Notes under the pieces: model-generated
What the model saw: the letters and a program-made list of their open reading frames with translations, nothing else
Told to the model about the DNA's origin: nothing
The model's database searches: none
Shown: piece by piece, positions 24,715-35,773 of the stretch
Layout: the number at the start of each line of letters is the position of its first letter
How positions within the stretch are numbered: the first letter of the stretch is position 1
Assembly: GCF_001194135.2 (NCBI RefSeq)
Contig: NC_068999.1
Coordinates: 6,712,746 to 6,750,147, forward strand
DNA from: Octopus bimaculoides
Taxonomy: Eukaryota
Direction: 5' to 3'
DNA: 37,402 nucleotides
Translations under genes and position numbers: made by a program

Positions 24715-25150
24715 CTCTTTACCTTGTTTCAGTCATTTGACTGCGGCCAAGCTGGGGCACCGCCTTTTAGTTGAGCAAATCAACCCCAGGACTTATTCTT
24801 TGTAAGCCTAGTACTTATTCTATCAAACTCTTTTTGCTGAACCGTTAAGTTACGGGGACGTAAGCACACCAGCCTCGGTTGTCAAGTGAAGTTGGGGGGA
24901 CAAACACAAACATATACACACATACATATATATATATATACGACAGGCTTCTTTCAGTTTCCGTCTAACAAATCCACTCACAAGGCTTTGGTCAGCCCAA
25001 GGCTATAGTAGAAGACACTTGCCCAAGGTGCCATGCAGTGGGACTGAACCCAGAACCATGTGGTTGGTAAGCAAGCTACTTACCACACAGCCACTCCTGC
25101 GCCTATATATACATACATATACATATATATATACATATATATATACATAC

Positions 25151-25181
<31 letters not shown>

Positions 25182-25194
25182 ATACACACATATT

Positions 25195-25241
<47 letters not shown>

Positions 25242-28200
25242 TCCTCATCATTTAAGAAAGGAAGAGGAGAAGGAGAATTTACTTGCAAATTTATTACCTT
25301 TTTAATTAGTGATAATAACGGTGTTAGTTATAATAACAATAAATGAACTTACTTTGTCATTTCCGGATAAAACTGTTGATCCCAACCACTATAGAGTGAA
25401 AATGTCACATAGAGTCGTTTACCATCAAGACTCAACTGCAGCATCTGTGGGGAACCATACACTCTCTTGTTGTTGATGTACAACGGATCTGGTTGTGTCT
25501 GGCAAGGATGGGAACATAAAAGGCAAACGTAAATCAAGGAGAGAAAAATATAATTGAAATTGTTGTTGTTGTTGTTGTTTAGCCTTTCTGTCCTCCACTC
25601 AGGTTGATTAAATGGAACTGTGATCAAAAGCATTCCAGCCATGACCATCACATTTTGTTTTTCCCAGACATTGGCAGAACTTGAAATGAAAACAATCTGA
25701 AATCTCATTGATTAAACATCGGCCTAACCATGCATGCACGGAAGATGGATGTTAAATGATGATGATGATCATCATGGTGATCATGATTGTGCAACAATAA
25801 AAAAACCATTTTGGCACAAATGTGGCTGTGTGGTAAGAAGCTTGCTTCCCAACAACATGGTTCCAGGTTCCGTCCCACTGAGTAGCACCTTCAGTCAAGT
25901 GTCTTCTACTATAGCCTCGGACTGGCCAAAGACTTGCGAATGGATTTGGTAGATAGAAACTAATAGAAGCCCATCATATATATATATATATATGATTTAG
26001 AAGGTTCTATGTATANNNNNNNNNNNNNNNNNNNNNNNNNNNNNNNNNNNNNNNNNNNNNNNNNNNNNNNNNNNNNNNNNNNNNNNNNNNNNNNNNNNNN
26101 NNNNNNNNNNNNNNNNNNNNNNNNNNNNNNNNNNNNNNNNNNNNNNNNNNNNNNNNNNNNNNNNNNNNNNNNNNNNNNNNNNNNNNNNNNNNNNNNNNNN
26201 NNNNNNNNNNNNNNNNNNNNNNNNNNNNNNNNNNNNNNNNNNNNNNNNNNNNNNNNNNNNNNNNNNNNNNNNNNNNNNNNNNNNNNNNNNNNNNNNNNNN
26301 NNNNNNNNNNNNNNNNNNNNNNNNNNNNNNNNNNNNNNNNNNNNNNNNNNNNNNNNNNNNNNNNNNNNNNNNNNNNNNNNNNNNNNNNNNNNNNNNNNNN
26401 NNNNNNNNNNNNNNNNNNNNNNNNNNNNNNNNNNNNNNNNNNNNNNNNNNNNNNNNNNNNNNNNNNNNNNNNNNNNNNNNNNNNNCCCCTTCATTACTTC
26501 CGTCTACCCAGTTTTACTAAAAACTGGCCCAAGTCGACTTCAGGTTAGCATAGAAGATACTCTACCAAGGCTCCATGCACTGGGATTGAAACAAGAACCT
26601 TCTTAACTTCTTAACCAAGCTTGCACCACACACACAAATAGGAAGAAAGACAACTACAACTAGAACGACATACATGGAGCTACACACACACACATATACC
26701 CACACTCGCATGCACCTAGAGACACACTCATGCACACAAACAACAAAATGTGCATTACTTACTTTAAGTTCTTCATCTTTGATAACCTTGACTTTACTAT
26801 CAGACAGAATGGAGCCTCCAAGAAACAGCTGAAATTTTGATACAACAGAATATATTAAATGGCAAACATATATCATCATCATCATTTAATGTCTGCATTC
26901 CATGCATGTATGGGTAGGACGGTTGACAGGGGTCGGCCAGGTAGAAAAACGTACCCTAGGCTACTGTGTCTGTTCTGGAAGGGATTTTACGGCTGGATGC
27001 CCTTCCTAACACCAACCACTCTGCAGAATGGACTCAGTGCTTTTTTTACATGGCATTAGCACAGGTGAGGTTAGTCTTGGCATGATTTTTACAGCTGGAT
27101 GCCCTTCCAAATGCGAACCACTTTACAGTGTGGACTGGATATTTTTTATGTAGCACCAGCACTGGCAGGGTAACCAAATAACTTGCAAGACAAGGAATTA
27201 TGAGAGGGGGAAGGGCATTGGAGGAGGGGAACCTGTGCCATAGGATGAAAGGTTACAGTGTGACGCTGGGACTCACATAGGGGATGACAAGGAATCAAGA
27301 CTACTGGCAGGTTGCTGTGTTTGAACAAACAGCTGAAACCATTTCTGGCTCTGTAGTACAAATGTCTTGTTTTCGTAAGTTTTGAATTAAAATCTTCCAC
27401 CAAACCTGAGTCACAATTTATGTTCCTAACACTAGCTTAATGATAACTAAGTTATTTTATTAAATTCTTTGTTATATTTAAAATTAATTGAAAGAAACAC
27501 AGAGCATCTCAACAGCAATATAATAACAAAAGAGTTAAGCTAGTGTTAGGAACATAAATTGTGATTAAGGTTTGGTGAAAGATTTTCATTCAAAACTTAT
27601 GAAAACAAGACATTTGTACTCACAGCCTGAGCTGGTTTCAGGTAGATTGGTATCAAAAGGGTTAAAGAGAGAAAAATATGAAACAATAAAAATACTCACC
27701 TGGCCAACCAAAATTGGTTTCTTACCATTGGTGATGTCATATTGCCTGATATCACCATGCAGCCAGTTACTAAAATACAGGAATCGGTCGTCCAAAGACA
27801 GGATAATATCAGTTATGAGACCTTTGAGTTGGAAGGAAAAAAGAGAATGTTTAGAGGAATTTCTAAAGAGAAAAAATATGAAGATATTACATAGGGATAC
27901 TCAGGCTGTTATTTCTCCCAACCACATATTGTTCAAATCAGGTCACGCTAGATATGGTGGTATGGTCACTACACCGACCATTATTTGTCTGTGATTCCCT
28001 ACTTCTGGCAGATGACATTTTTGCACCACTCAGGTGACAATGTTCCGACCTCTGTTGGACAGTCATTGCTGTTGAGGGTTTTACTTGGGCAGAGTACAAG
28101 CCTACTTCAACCTTTTTTGATCGGCTCTTATGACACAGAGGAAACGTCAGGTCAATTACTTGGCATGCAGGTCCCCTCATATACAAACACTTAATTCCTT

Positions 28201-31200
28201 CCCTCGCCACTATCACCATCATTCTGCCCTCTAGAATTTGATGATGTGGAGATTTTCTTTTTAACAAAGGTCATAGCACCACATAGCACATAAAGCTGTT
28301 CAGTTTGTAGGAATTCCTACAAAATGGACAGCTTTTAACATTATCCCAAACACAAATGATGTCTTCATGCATCGTTGAGCCCTAAAGCTTTCCTGCCTTC
28401 CAAGGGTTTCTTCCAGTCATGGTCCATAGTTTTGCTTGTAAAGTATATTTCTTAGAACAAGTCGAGGATCCAGACTGCAATGGATTTTGAAGGAATTCAA
28501 TATACAAGAACAAAAAAACAAAAATTACCTGGCATACTTGACATAATCCAGTTCTCAACAGTCTTAGGAGGAACCTGGATTACTTTTTCAGCTGCCCACT
28601 TATTCTGTTCATATAAAAAAAATAAAATATCATATACACACTGACACACACACAAACACATATTTCTATCTTTTACTTGTTTCAGATATTAGATTGTGGT
28701 CATGCTGGGGCATGACCTTGAAGAATTTTGGTTGAATGAATCGGCCCTAGGACCCTTTTAAAGCTTTGGTCTATTTTGCCAAACTGTTACATTACAGAGA
28801 TGTAAACACACCAACACTGGTTGTCAAGCAGTGGTGGGGGACAAACAGAGACATGTGTCTTTGTGTTTGAGTTTATCCCCACTCTCATCATTATTTGACA
28901 ACTGGTCTTGCTGTGTTTACATCCCTGTAACACTAGCAGTTCAGCAAAAGAGACCAATAGAATAAATACTAGACTTAAGAAATAAGTCCTGGGGTCAATT
29001 TGTTCAACTAAAGCCCTCCAAGGTACTGCTCCAGCATGGCTGCAGTCAAATGACTGAAACAAGTAAAAGAGTAAACATGAAATATATAATAATACACACT
29101 GAGTGTGCCGTGTATATTTACACACCGAGTGTGCCGTGTATATTTACCTATTATTCATTTTATCATAGAAATATAAAGTTTAAGGTTTTGGTTATTGAAA
29201 GTTTAACCCTTTCGTTACCAACCTAGTGAAACCACCCCTGGCTCTGGAGTACAAATGTCTTGTTTTCATAAGTTTTGAATTAAAATCTTTTACCAAACTT
29301 TAGTCACAATTTATGTTCCTAACACTAGATTTAACCCTTTTGATACCAACCCGACTGAAACCACCTCTGGCTCTGTAGTACAAATGTTTTGATTTCATAA
29401 GTTTTGAATTAAAATCTTCCATCAAACCTTAGTCACAATTTATGTTCCTAACACCAGCTTAATGATAACTAAGTTATTTTACTAAATTCTGTGTTATATT
29501 TAAAATTAATTGAAAGAAACACAGAACATCTCAACAGAAATACAGTAACGAAAGGGTTAAAGGTTGGTTGTTACGTTTATTGACAATATTTTACATATAT
29601 ATACACAATTCAAAATGGCCAGTCTTTGCTTTCACTACAGTCTTTAAATCTTTTCTCAAGTGAACTGTATGGTTTATTATATTTAAATAAGAGGTAAATG
29701 CATATGCCACACCTGGCACATTAGATAATGCACACAAAATGAATTGATTTACCTGTGCTTTGAAGATCCTGTAAATGGATGAACCCAAACAACATCCGAC
29801 AAATCCTTCGGGTGATTCTGGATCGTGACGGAAACGAATTTCCAGCGGGATCAGACCATCTTGTCCTAAATCGATGACCTGTTCGAGATCATGAGTTGTC
29901 CAGTTGTAGACATTTAAACTTCTGCCATAGTCCTCTAGAATTAAATAATTAAAAGAGGTCATTTGACTGATTAGGGATCAGCTGAACATGCCTCTACATC
30001 TGAAGGTTGTATTTTCATGGAAGTTGTCCACGAGAAAGCTCGCCACTTTTAGAGCTAACACAACTTGGCCTCAATATTGCAAGCATTGTCAGAACACAAA
30101 GATCTGTTACAAATACCACAAGGTATCTCATCTTACCCTCTAAGAGTTCCAAAAAGCCACTACTCTGATTTGGTTCCCCTTTTTATTATCACCCCAGAAT
30201 GGATGAAAGGCAAAGTTAACCTGAATGTGATTTGAACTCAGAATGTATGCCATCATCGTCATTCAATATCAATATTCCATGCTGACATTGGTTGGATGGT
30301 TTGACAGGATCCAATAGGCCCAAGGACCACATCATACTCCGCTTTGATAAGGTTTCTATAGCTGGATGCCCTTCCTAACACCAGCATATTACTGGGTGCA
30401 GTTTTCTTGCCACCAACACTAATGGGGTTGCCATGAAGCTTGCAAGACTATGAACCTCAAGAGGTGAGCATGGTGAGGAAGAACTTTATGCAAAGAGGAT
30501 AAGAAGTAGAGAGGGGTAAGGTATGAGAGAATGGGCCAGAGCATATATGGAAGAGGGAGAAACACCCACTGCTTATATCCGGTTCATATTCCCCTCCATA
30601 CTTGAGAGAGGCCATAGACTAACAAGTCTCAGGGTCTGATGATAGGCCATAAAGATACTCTTTATGGTGAAAAACCCTGAGTAACCCCATAAACAGGCCT
30701 TCACCAGTAATATATATATATAGATAGAGAGAGAGAGAGAAAGAGAGAGAGAGAGTACTGTGACCATCACTCCACCTTTCGGACCATCAACCGTACTTTA
30801 AGAGTATCAGAAACGAGGATAAAAACTACATGTCCATCCGTAGAGTCAGGACTTCTCCTGCTTATACAATGGTATTCTATGAGGTATTCTATCCAATATT
30901 CTAATGCTCCTGCCAATCTATTGCTTTCTGAAGAATTCTAAGAGCCATTCCCCAATTTATAATGGCCCCCAACAAATAGATCGTCACCATGACACACAAT
31001 ATAATGACTTACTTTCCAAATCTGCAAGATCAAAATTCTTGCGCCAACATTTTGGTGACCCCCACTCTGTGCTGATCATGACATTATGGAATGGCTGGTA
31101 CCAAAAATCATAGCCAAATTCACATTTTTGGTTTTCCCATCTTCTCACAATATTGAAATCCTCGTCTAAAAGAATGAAAGTTCCTGAAAAGAAAAAGAAA

Positions 31201-32399
31201 AAGAGAAAAAAAAGAAAAATGATAGAATATTCACCACCATCATCACCTTCCTCCTCCTCCTCATTTAGTGTCTCTGTTCCATGTTGGCATAAGTTGGATG
31301 GTTTGACAGGCTCTGAAAGGTCATGGGTGGGATGGTACCATCCCACCCATGCTAGCATGGAACACAGATGTTAAATCATCATCATCATCATCGTCGTTTA
31401 ACGTCCGCTTTCCATGCTAGCATGGGTTGGATGATTTGACTGAGGACTGGTGGACCAGATGGCTACACCAGGCTCCAATCTGATTTGGTAGAGTTTCTAC
31501 AGCTGGATGCCCTTCCTAACGCCAACCACTCCGAGAGTGTAGTGGATGTTTTACGTGCCACCAGCACGAGGGCCAGTCAGGCGGTACTAGCGATGGCCAC
31601 ACTCGAAATGGTGTAATTTACGTGCCACCTGCGCAGGAGCCAGTCCAGCGGCACTGGCAACGATCTCAATCAAATGTCTTTTCACGTGCCACTGGCACAG
31701 ATGATGATAATGAATGATTGACTCGTATTTTATTCTATCAATCCTGGAAGGATGAAAAGTAAAGCTGACTTCAGTGGAATTTGAACACAGAACATAAAGG
31801 AACATAAATGAACAGGACAAGAATTTTGTCCACTGCTCTACTGATTTTTTTTCCATTTTTCTAATCCAATTCAAGTTTCCTCTTTAACATTCTTCCATTC
31901 AACAGAATGGAAAATGTGACACTTACCTTTATGGTTGCCAACTGCATCGCCCATACAACTGATCATTACCATTCCACTTCCCAGACAGTGAGAAGTATGA
32001 GGGGCAGAACAGTCCCAATCTCGAAGAGTGTTCAATTCCTTGTGGAAGAAAAAAAAATTAAGCAGGGAGAGAGATGAAACAAAGGAAAAAAAAAAGAGAA
32101 TATAAAATGTAAAAAACTAAAACGTAATAAGAACAACAATAGTAATAATAATAGCAATAATAATAATAATAATAATAAGAGCACTCAGAGGGTGCAAACC
32201 TCTGCCAAGACAACAACAATGTCTTCTCAACGATTAGCCAGAGATGATTTTTAAAATGAGAATATCTGAAATAAACTCGATTGCTCTCACAAACGAGAAT
32301 ACTAAAAATAAACCCTCACTTTCCTTTTCAAGTGAAACTCGGAAAAGCTGATGAGGGCTCATCCAAAGAGGAAAGCACTCTCTTTCATCCCTTTCAATT

Positions 32400-32434
<35 letters not shown>

Positions 32435-33980
32435 CTCACGCATGCATGAACTCACACACACACATATACAGTAAAAGAGTGTATGAAAACATAAGATAAC
32501 TCAGACTTACTCGATATAATTTGGGTTCTCTCAAATTCTCTTTAATATCCACAACATAGATGCGGTCACTCAGTAGACAGGGGAAAATAATTTTGTCCCT
32601 CTTCTTGGATGCATCATTGCAAACACTGGAACAAGCATTCCAGCCAAAATGGTGCATTTCATCTCCAATGTGTGGCATTTTCAGACGATGGATGACCTGT
32701 ATATCAAAGTTATCACATTTTTTAATTCAGTAACTGTAATTATTTAGAAACACACATGCACAAACATGTGTGTGTGTGTGTTACACAATGCTTCAAGCAA
32801 ACTACAATACTCTCCTATATATATAACTGTTTGCTCGCCTACTGTTGTCTCTGTCATATTCCAGTGATTTCAGTGATAGATTTGGGATTTTAACTCCTAT
32901 TTCTAAACAGGTTGATGCCTTCTGCATCCTTAAGCTTAGTGCTAATTTTTAATTTTAATGTGTAGCTATATAATGCTATTAAAAAAACCTGTGAACCACC
33001 AATATTATCATTGTTATTATTATCAATTACTTATATTCACCACAGACAATATTAACAATATCTTTCTTTGAGTGTTTACATTCAAATTTTATTCTCTCTT
33101 CCTCTCTCTCTATATATTCTTTTGCATATTTCATCCCTATATATATATACAATGAATAAATAAATATTAGTGATGAAAGCTGTTTTAATACAGAATAGCA
33201 ATTTTCGTATCATACTTAACGTGGAAGTATTATTAGAACATTGAACACTGCAGTGGTCCCCTTGAGAGATCTTCTCATGCAGATGTATAATGCTAAGAGT
33301 ATACTGAAGCAGATGAGAACCATCTGGCAAGGGCACTAGAACTGAAAAAGTGAAGATCCTATGATTTCAACATACTGGACTTCCTCAGTGGCAGGTACCC
33401 AGTTGCTTCATACCAGCCAAATCTCATTGCCAATGATATATAGAATAACAGCAACCTCTCAGTCACTGACATTGCAAACAGCCAGCAGGCTTATTAAAAA
33501 AGATATTAGTGATGGAAGCATTATATATAAATGAATATTTATTATGAAAAGCAATGAACACAAAATAAATTATATGGAGACAACACAAGGAGGACAAGCT
33601 GAAACAAATGTGTTAGCTTTACACTTGAAGGAAAGGGTCTCGATATTTTAAACATTAGTCTTTCATCAGAAGAATATAGAAAAATGGAAGAGAAAGGAAA
33701 AAAAAAATTAAGGACAAAGTGGGGAAACAGTTCTATGATGAGGAGGAAGAGAAAGAAGAGGAGTGGGATGAAGGAGGAGGAGGAGGATACGCAAAAGAAA
33801 GGATAATAAGAGTGTGTACCTTTCCATAAGTTGCAGATTCTGGATTAAGATCAACAGTAGCCAGATAATCTGGTCGGTTACGATTCTCTGGTGGGATTAT
33901 ACATGTCACATACATAATCTCTTCTCTTTTACCTTTCATTGCCTCGAGAGGAGTTGGGTAACCTGGCCCCTTGCAACACG
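21789..33980 (-). CDS. SELENBP1: Selenium-binding protein 1 / methanethiol oxidase, 10 exons
   Basis: complement join(33980-33820,32696-32511,32038-31927,31183-31013,29934-29753,28604-28529,27821-27700,26828-26763,25498-25353,21990-21789) = 1424 nt. All introns GT-AG, phases consistent, no internal stop. Family motifs [103 protein letters not shown]. About 475 aa if the missing exon supplies ATG plus 1 nt. Confidence 0.96.
22594..22691. mobile_element. Short imperfect palindrome, same family as 4457-4623
   Basis: Arms 22604-22641 and 22657-22691 (aattaaacacactcacc...gccactcat / atgagtgg...gtgagtgtgttaaatt). Confidence 0.6.
22880..23217. repeat. Degenerate (GGT/GTT/GTA)n low-complexity tract
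   Basis: Directly visible trinucleotide mosaic. Confidence 0.9.
23890..24385 (+). mobile_element. Adjacent SINE family B (23890-24030) and family C (24052-24385)
   Basis: Matches to 9889-10122 and 11536-11815 respectively; both carry Pol III A/B-box-like motifs. Confidence 0.85.
24472..24680. repeat. Long inverted repeat: 100-bp arms, 92% identical, 9-nt spacer
   Basis: Arms 24472-24571 and 24581-24680; 8 differences, all transitions. Probably a fold-back or MITE remnant. Confidence 0.95.
24713..25103 (-). mobile_element. SINE family A (full length)
   Basis: Reverse complement of 34325-34853; intact head ggcgcaggagtggctgtgtggtaag. Confidence 0.88.
25353..25498 (-). CDS. SELENBP1: SELENBP1 exon
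   Basis: [48 protein letters not shown](K); ttgccag| ... |gtaagt. Confidence 0.95.
25813..25976 (+). mobile_element. SINE family A, 5' part
   Basis: gtggctgtgtggtaagaagcttgc...gtgtcttctactatagcctcgg...ggatttggtaga; runs into a (TA)n tract and a gap. Confidence 0.8.
26763..26828 (-). CDS. SELENBP1: SELENBP1 exon
   Basis: [22 protein letters not shown]; atttcag| ... |gtaagt. Confidence 0.94.
27326..27661. mobile_element. piggyBac-type MITE (+, 27326-27534) joined via TTAA to the 5' half of a second copy (-, 27539-27661)
   Basis: Same sequence family as 29207-29556. The right end reads ggtatcaaaaggg|TTAA (27662-27665). Confidence 0.8.
27700..27821 (-). CDS. SELENBP1: SELENBP1 exon
   Basis: (G)[40 protein letters not shown]; ctcaaag| ... 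|gtgagt. Confidence 0.96.
28529..28604 (-). CDS. SELENBP1: SELENBP1 exon
   Basis: [25 protein letters not shown](G); gaacag| ... |gtaatt. Missed by the ORF track. Confidence 0.93.
28671..29073. mobile_element. Two SINE family A 3' parts in inverted orientation
   Basis: About 28671-28852 (-) directly followed by about 28870-29073 (+). Confidence 0.75.
29207..29556 (+). mobile_element. piggyBac-type MITE composite, 350 bp
   Basis: TTAA at 29203-29206 and 29557-29560; perfect 12-bp TIRs CCCTTTCGTTAC / GTAACGAAAGGG; a second 5' end TTAA-CCCTTTTGATAC at 29331-29346. TTAA target plus CCC...GGG ends is the piggyBac signature. Confidence 0.88.
29753..29934 (-). CDS. SELENBP1: SELENBP1 exon
   Basis: (K)[60 protein letters not shown]; ttctag| ... 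|gtaaat. Confidence 0.95.
31013..31183 (-). CDS. SELENBP1: SELENBP1 exon
   Basis: (G)[56 protein letters not shown]; tttcag| ... |gtaagt. Confidence 0.95.
31270..31700 (+). mobile_element. Interspersed repeat family D (ccatgctagcatggg...ctggatgcccttcctaac...gtgccac), class unknown
   Basis: Related copies near 10160-10300, 13010-13180, 17540-17730 (-), 20880-21000 (-), 26880-27130 and 30250-30440; usually preceded by (CAT)n. Confidence 0.7.
31927..32038 (-). CDS. SELENBP1: SELENBP1 exon
   Basis: [37 protein letters not shown](G); ccacaag| ... |gtaagt. Missed by the ORF track. Confidence 0.93.
32511..32696 (-). CDS. SELENBP1: SELENBP1 exon
   Basis: [62 protein letters not shown]; atacag| ... 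|gtaagt. Confidence 0.96.
33820..33980 (-). CDS. SELENBP1: SELENBP1 exon (first identifiable; phase-1 start)
   Basis: (x)[53 protein letters not shown]; ttataaag| ... |gtacac. Confidence 0.93.
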
Positions 33981-34324
33981 CTTTATAACGAGATAAAGAG
34001 AGAAAGAAAAAGAGAGCTGAATGAACAAAGAAATATTTACAACAAATGAAATAAAGATCACAGATGTTTTGTTGCTCTAAGCCAGGGTGTCACCAAATTT
34101 TTTTCATAGTGGGCCAGATATAGCTAAAAGAAGGCCAAGCACAGACTGGATAAATATTCTGTTCAATTCAGAAGAGTATAGATTACACTGAATGTACACA
34201 AAAAATAAAGACAGTCATCCAATTTATTTATCAATACATAAAATACACAAAATAATAAAAACAACATATTTTAATAATACCGAAAAATTACCAAGTGAGA
34301 ATTTTTAGAAAAAGTGTGCAAATA

Positions 34325-34494
34325 GGCGCAGGAGTGGCTGTGTGGTAAGTAGCTTGCTTACCAGCCACATGGTTCCGGGTTCATTCCCACTGCAAGGCAC
34401 CTTGCGCAAGTGTCATCTACTATAGCCTCGGGCCGACCAAAGCCTTGTGAGTGGATTTGGTAGACGGAAGCGACTGAAAGAAGCCCGTCGTATA

Positions 34495-34550
<56 letters not shown>

Positions 34551-34592
34551 CATATATACATATATATATATACATATATATATATATAAATG

Positions 34593-34633
<41 letters not shown>

Positions 34634-34853
34634 GTGTGTATATGTTTGTGTCTGTGTTTGTCCCCCCAACATCGTTTGACAACCGATGCTGGTGTGTTTA
34701 TGTATCCGTAACTTAGCAGTTCAGCAAAAGAGACCGATAGAATAAGTACTAGGCTTCCAAAGAATAAGTCCTGGGGTCGATTTGCTCGATTAAAGGTAGT
34801 GCTCCAGCATGGCCGCAGTCAAATGACTGAAATAAGTGAAAGAGTAAAAGAGT
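34325..34853 (+). mobile_element. SINE family A (full length, expanded internal TG/TA microsatellite)
   Basis: Head GGCGCAGGAGTGGCTGTGTGGTAAG, B-box-like GGTTCATTCCC, CORE-like ggcaccttgcgcaagtgtc, tail agagtaaaagagta. Confidence 0.88.
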
Positions 34854-34889
34854 ATAGCTGAATTGCATGAAAAGTAAGCAGCACAAAAG

Positions 34890-35081
34890 TTAATGAGATT
34901 TGTGAAACTGGCCTTTTGCTTCCAAAATATCATCAACGTTTGCTTTATGATTGCTGCAGCCATCCATAAGAATTGCTTTCAAATGTTCATCAGTGACCCT
35001 TGTTCGATGTATTGACTTCGCACGCTTCATTTTTGAAAAAGTTTGCTCAAAGACATAAGTTGCTCCAAAAACTGATGACAC
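34890..35081 (-). mobile_element. hAT transposase relic, C-terminal dimerisation region
   Basis: SSVFGATYVFEQTFSKMKRAKSIHRTRVTDEHLKAILMDGCSNHKANVDDILEAKGQFHKSH* matches the hAT (GTF2IRD2/SPIN/Buster-like) pattern S.FGSTY.CEQ.FS.MK..KS..RSRLTD.HL. hAT-like termini at 34083 (CAGGGTGTCACCAAA) and about 35200 (CATGGGTCACCAAACTATGGCCTGCGG). Confidence 0.75.
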
Positions 35082-35711
35082 TATATTTCAACAGGAATAA
35101 GGGAACAAAAGGGTTAACAATGACAAAATTATTATATACTAAATTCAACAGGAATATGGTAACAAAAAGTTTGTATAGCTTCTGTAGTCTCTGCTTAGAG
35201 CATGGGTCACCAAACTATGGCCTGCGGTCTTGGTGAGGAGGGTGATTGTTGGACAACCCTGGAGGACGAAAAATAAGGCCTGTCAAAAGGGAGAAGAGCT
35301 CATGAGCAGTCAACGGACATCCAACAATATGTGTATATGTGTATGTATGCACAGGGATGTGAAAATACTTGGGTTGGTGTCCAGACACGTGGTTTGCCCA
35401 CTGGAAGTGGGAGGCCCTTCTGCTGTTGTCACAACATCTCCCTAGGAGAGGGAAACTCTGAAAGAAAACCTGTGACACTGACAATATTTAACGATGTAGA
35501 TTACTTCTTTTCGAGTTTATGTTGTCCATGTTCAAAGAGTGGAACTGGATTTGAGCAAATCCTTTCCCCACTATAAAAAAAAATCATCAAGCACAAGCAT
35601 CGCTTGAAAAAAAAAAGTAAGACCTATCACAAAAATGGCTAGTCATAGTCTTTGCATGTGTGGGACTTTTGATCAGGCTATGACAATATTCAAACACGAG
35701 TTTGCAGCCAT

Positions 35712-35773
<62 letters not shown>

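Noticed and set aside
29095-29148. Short direct repeat (gagtgtgccgtgtatatttac twice), superficially CRISPR-like
   Set aside because: Only two adjacent units with no unique spacer, in a eukaryotic intron; simple tandem duplication.
30630-30682. TGATGA...CTGA resembling a C/D snoRNA
   Set aside because: Antisense to the host gene, too short and without a terminal stem.
21789-33980. Selenocysteine (in-frame TGA) in SELENBP1
   Set aside because: No in-frame TGA in the assembled CDS; the stop is TAA.
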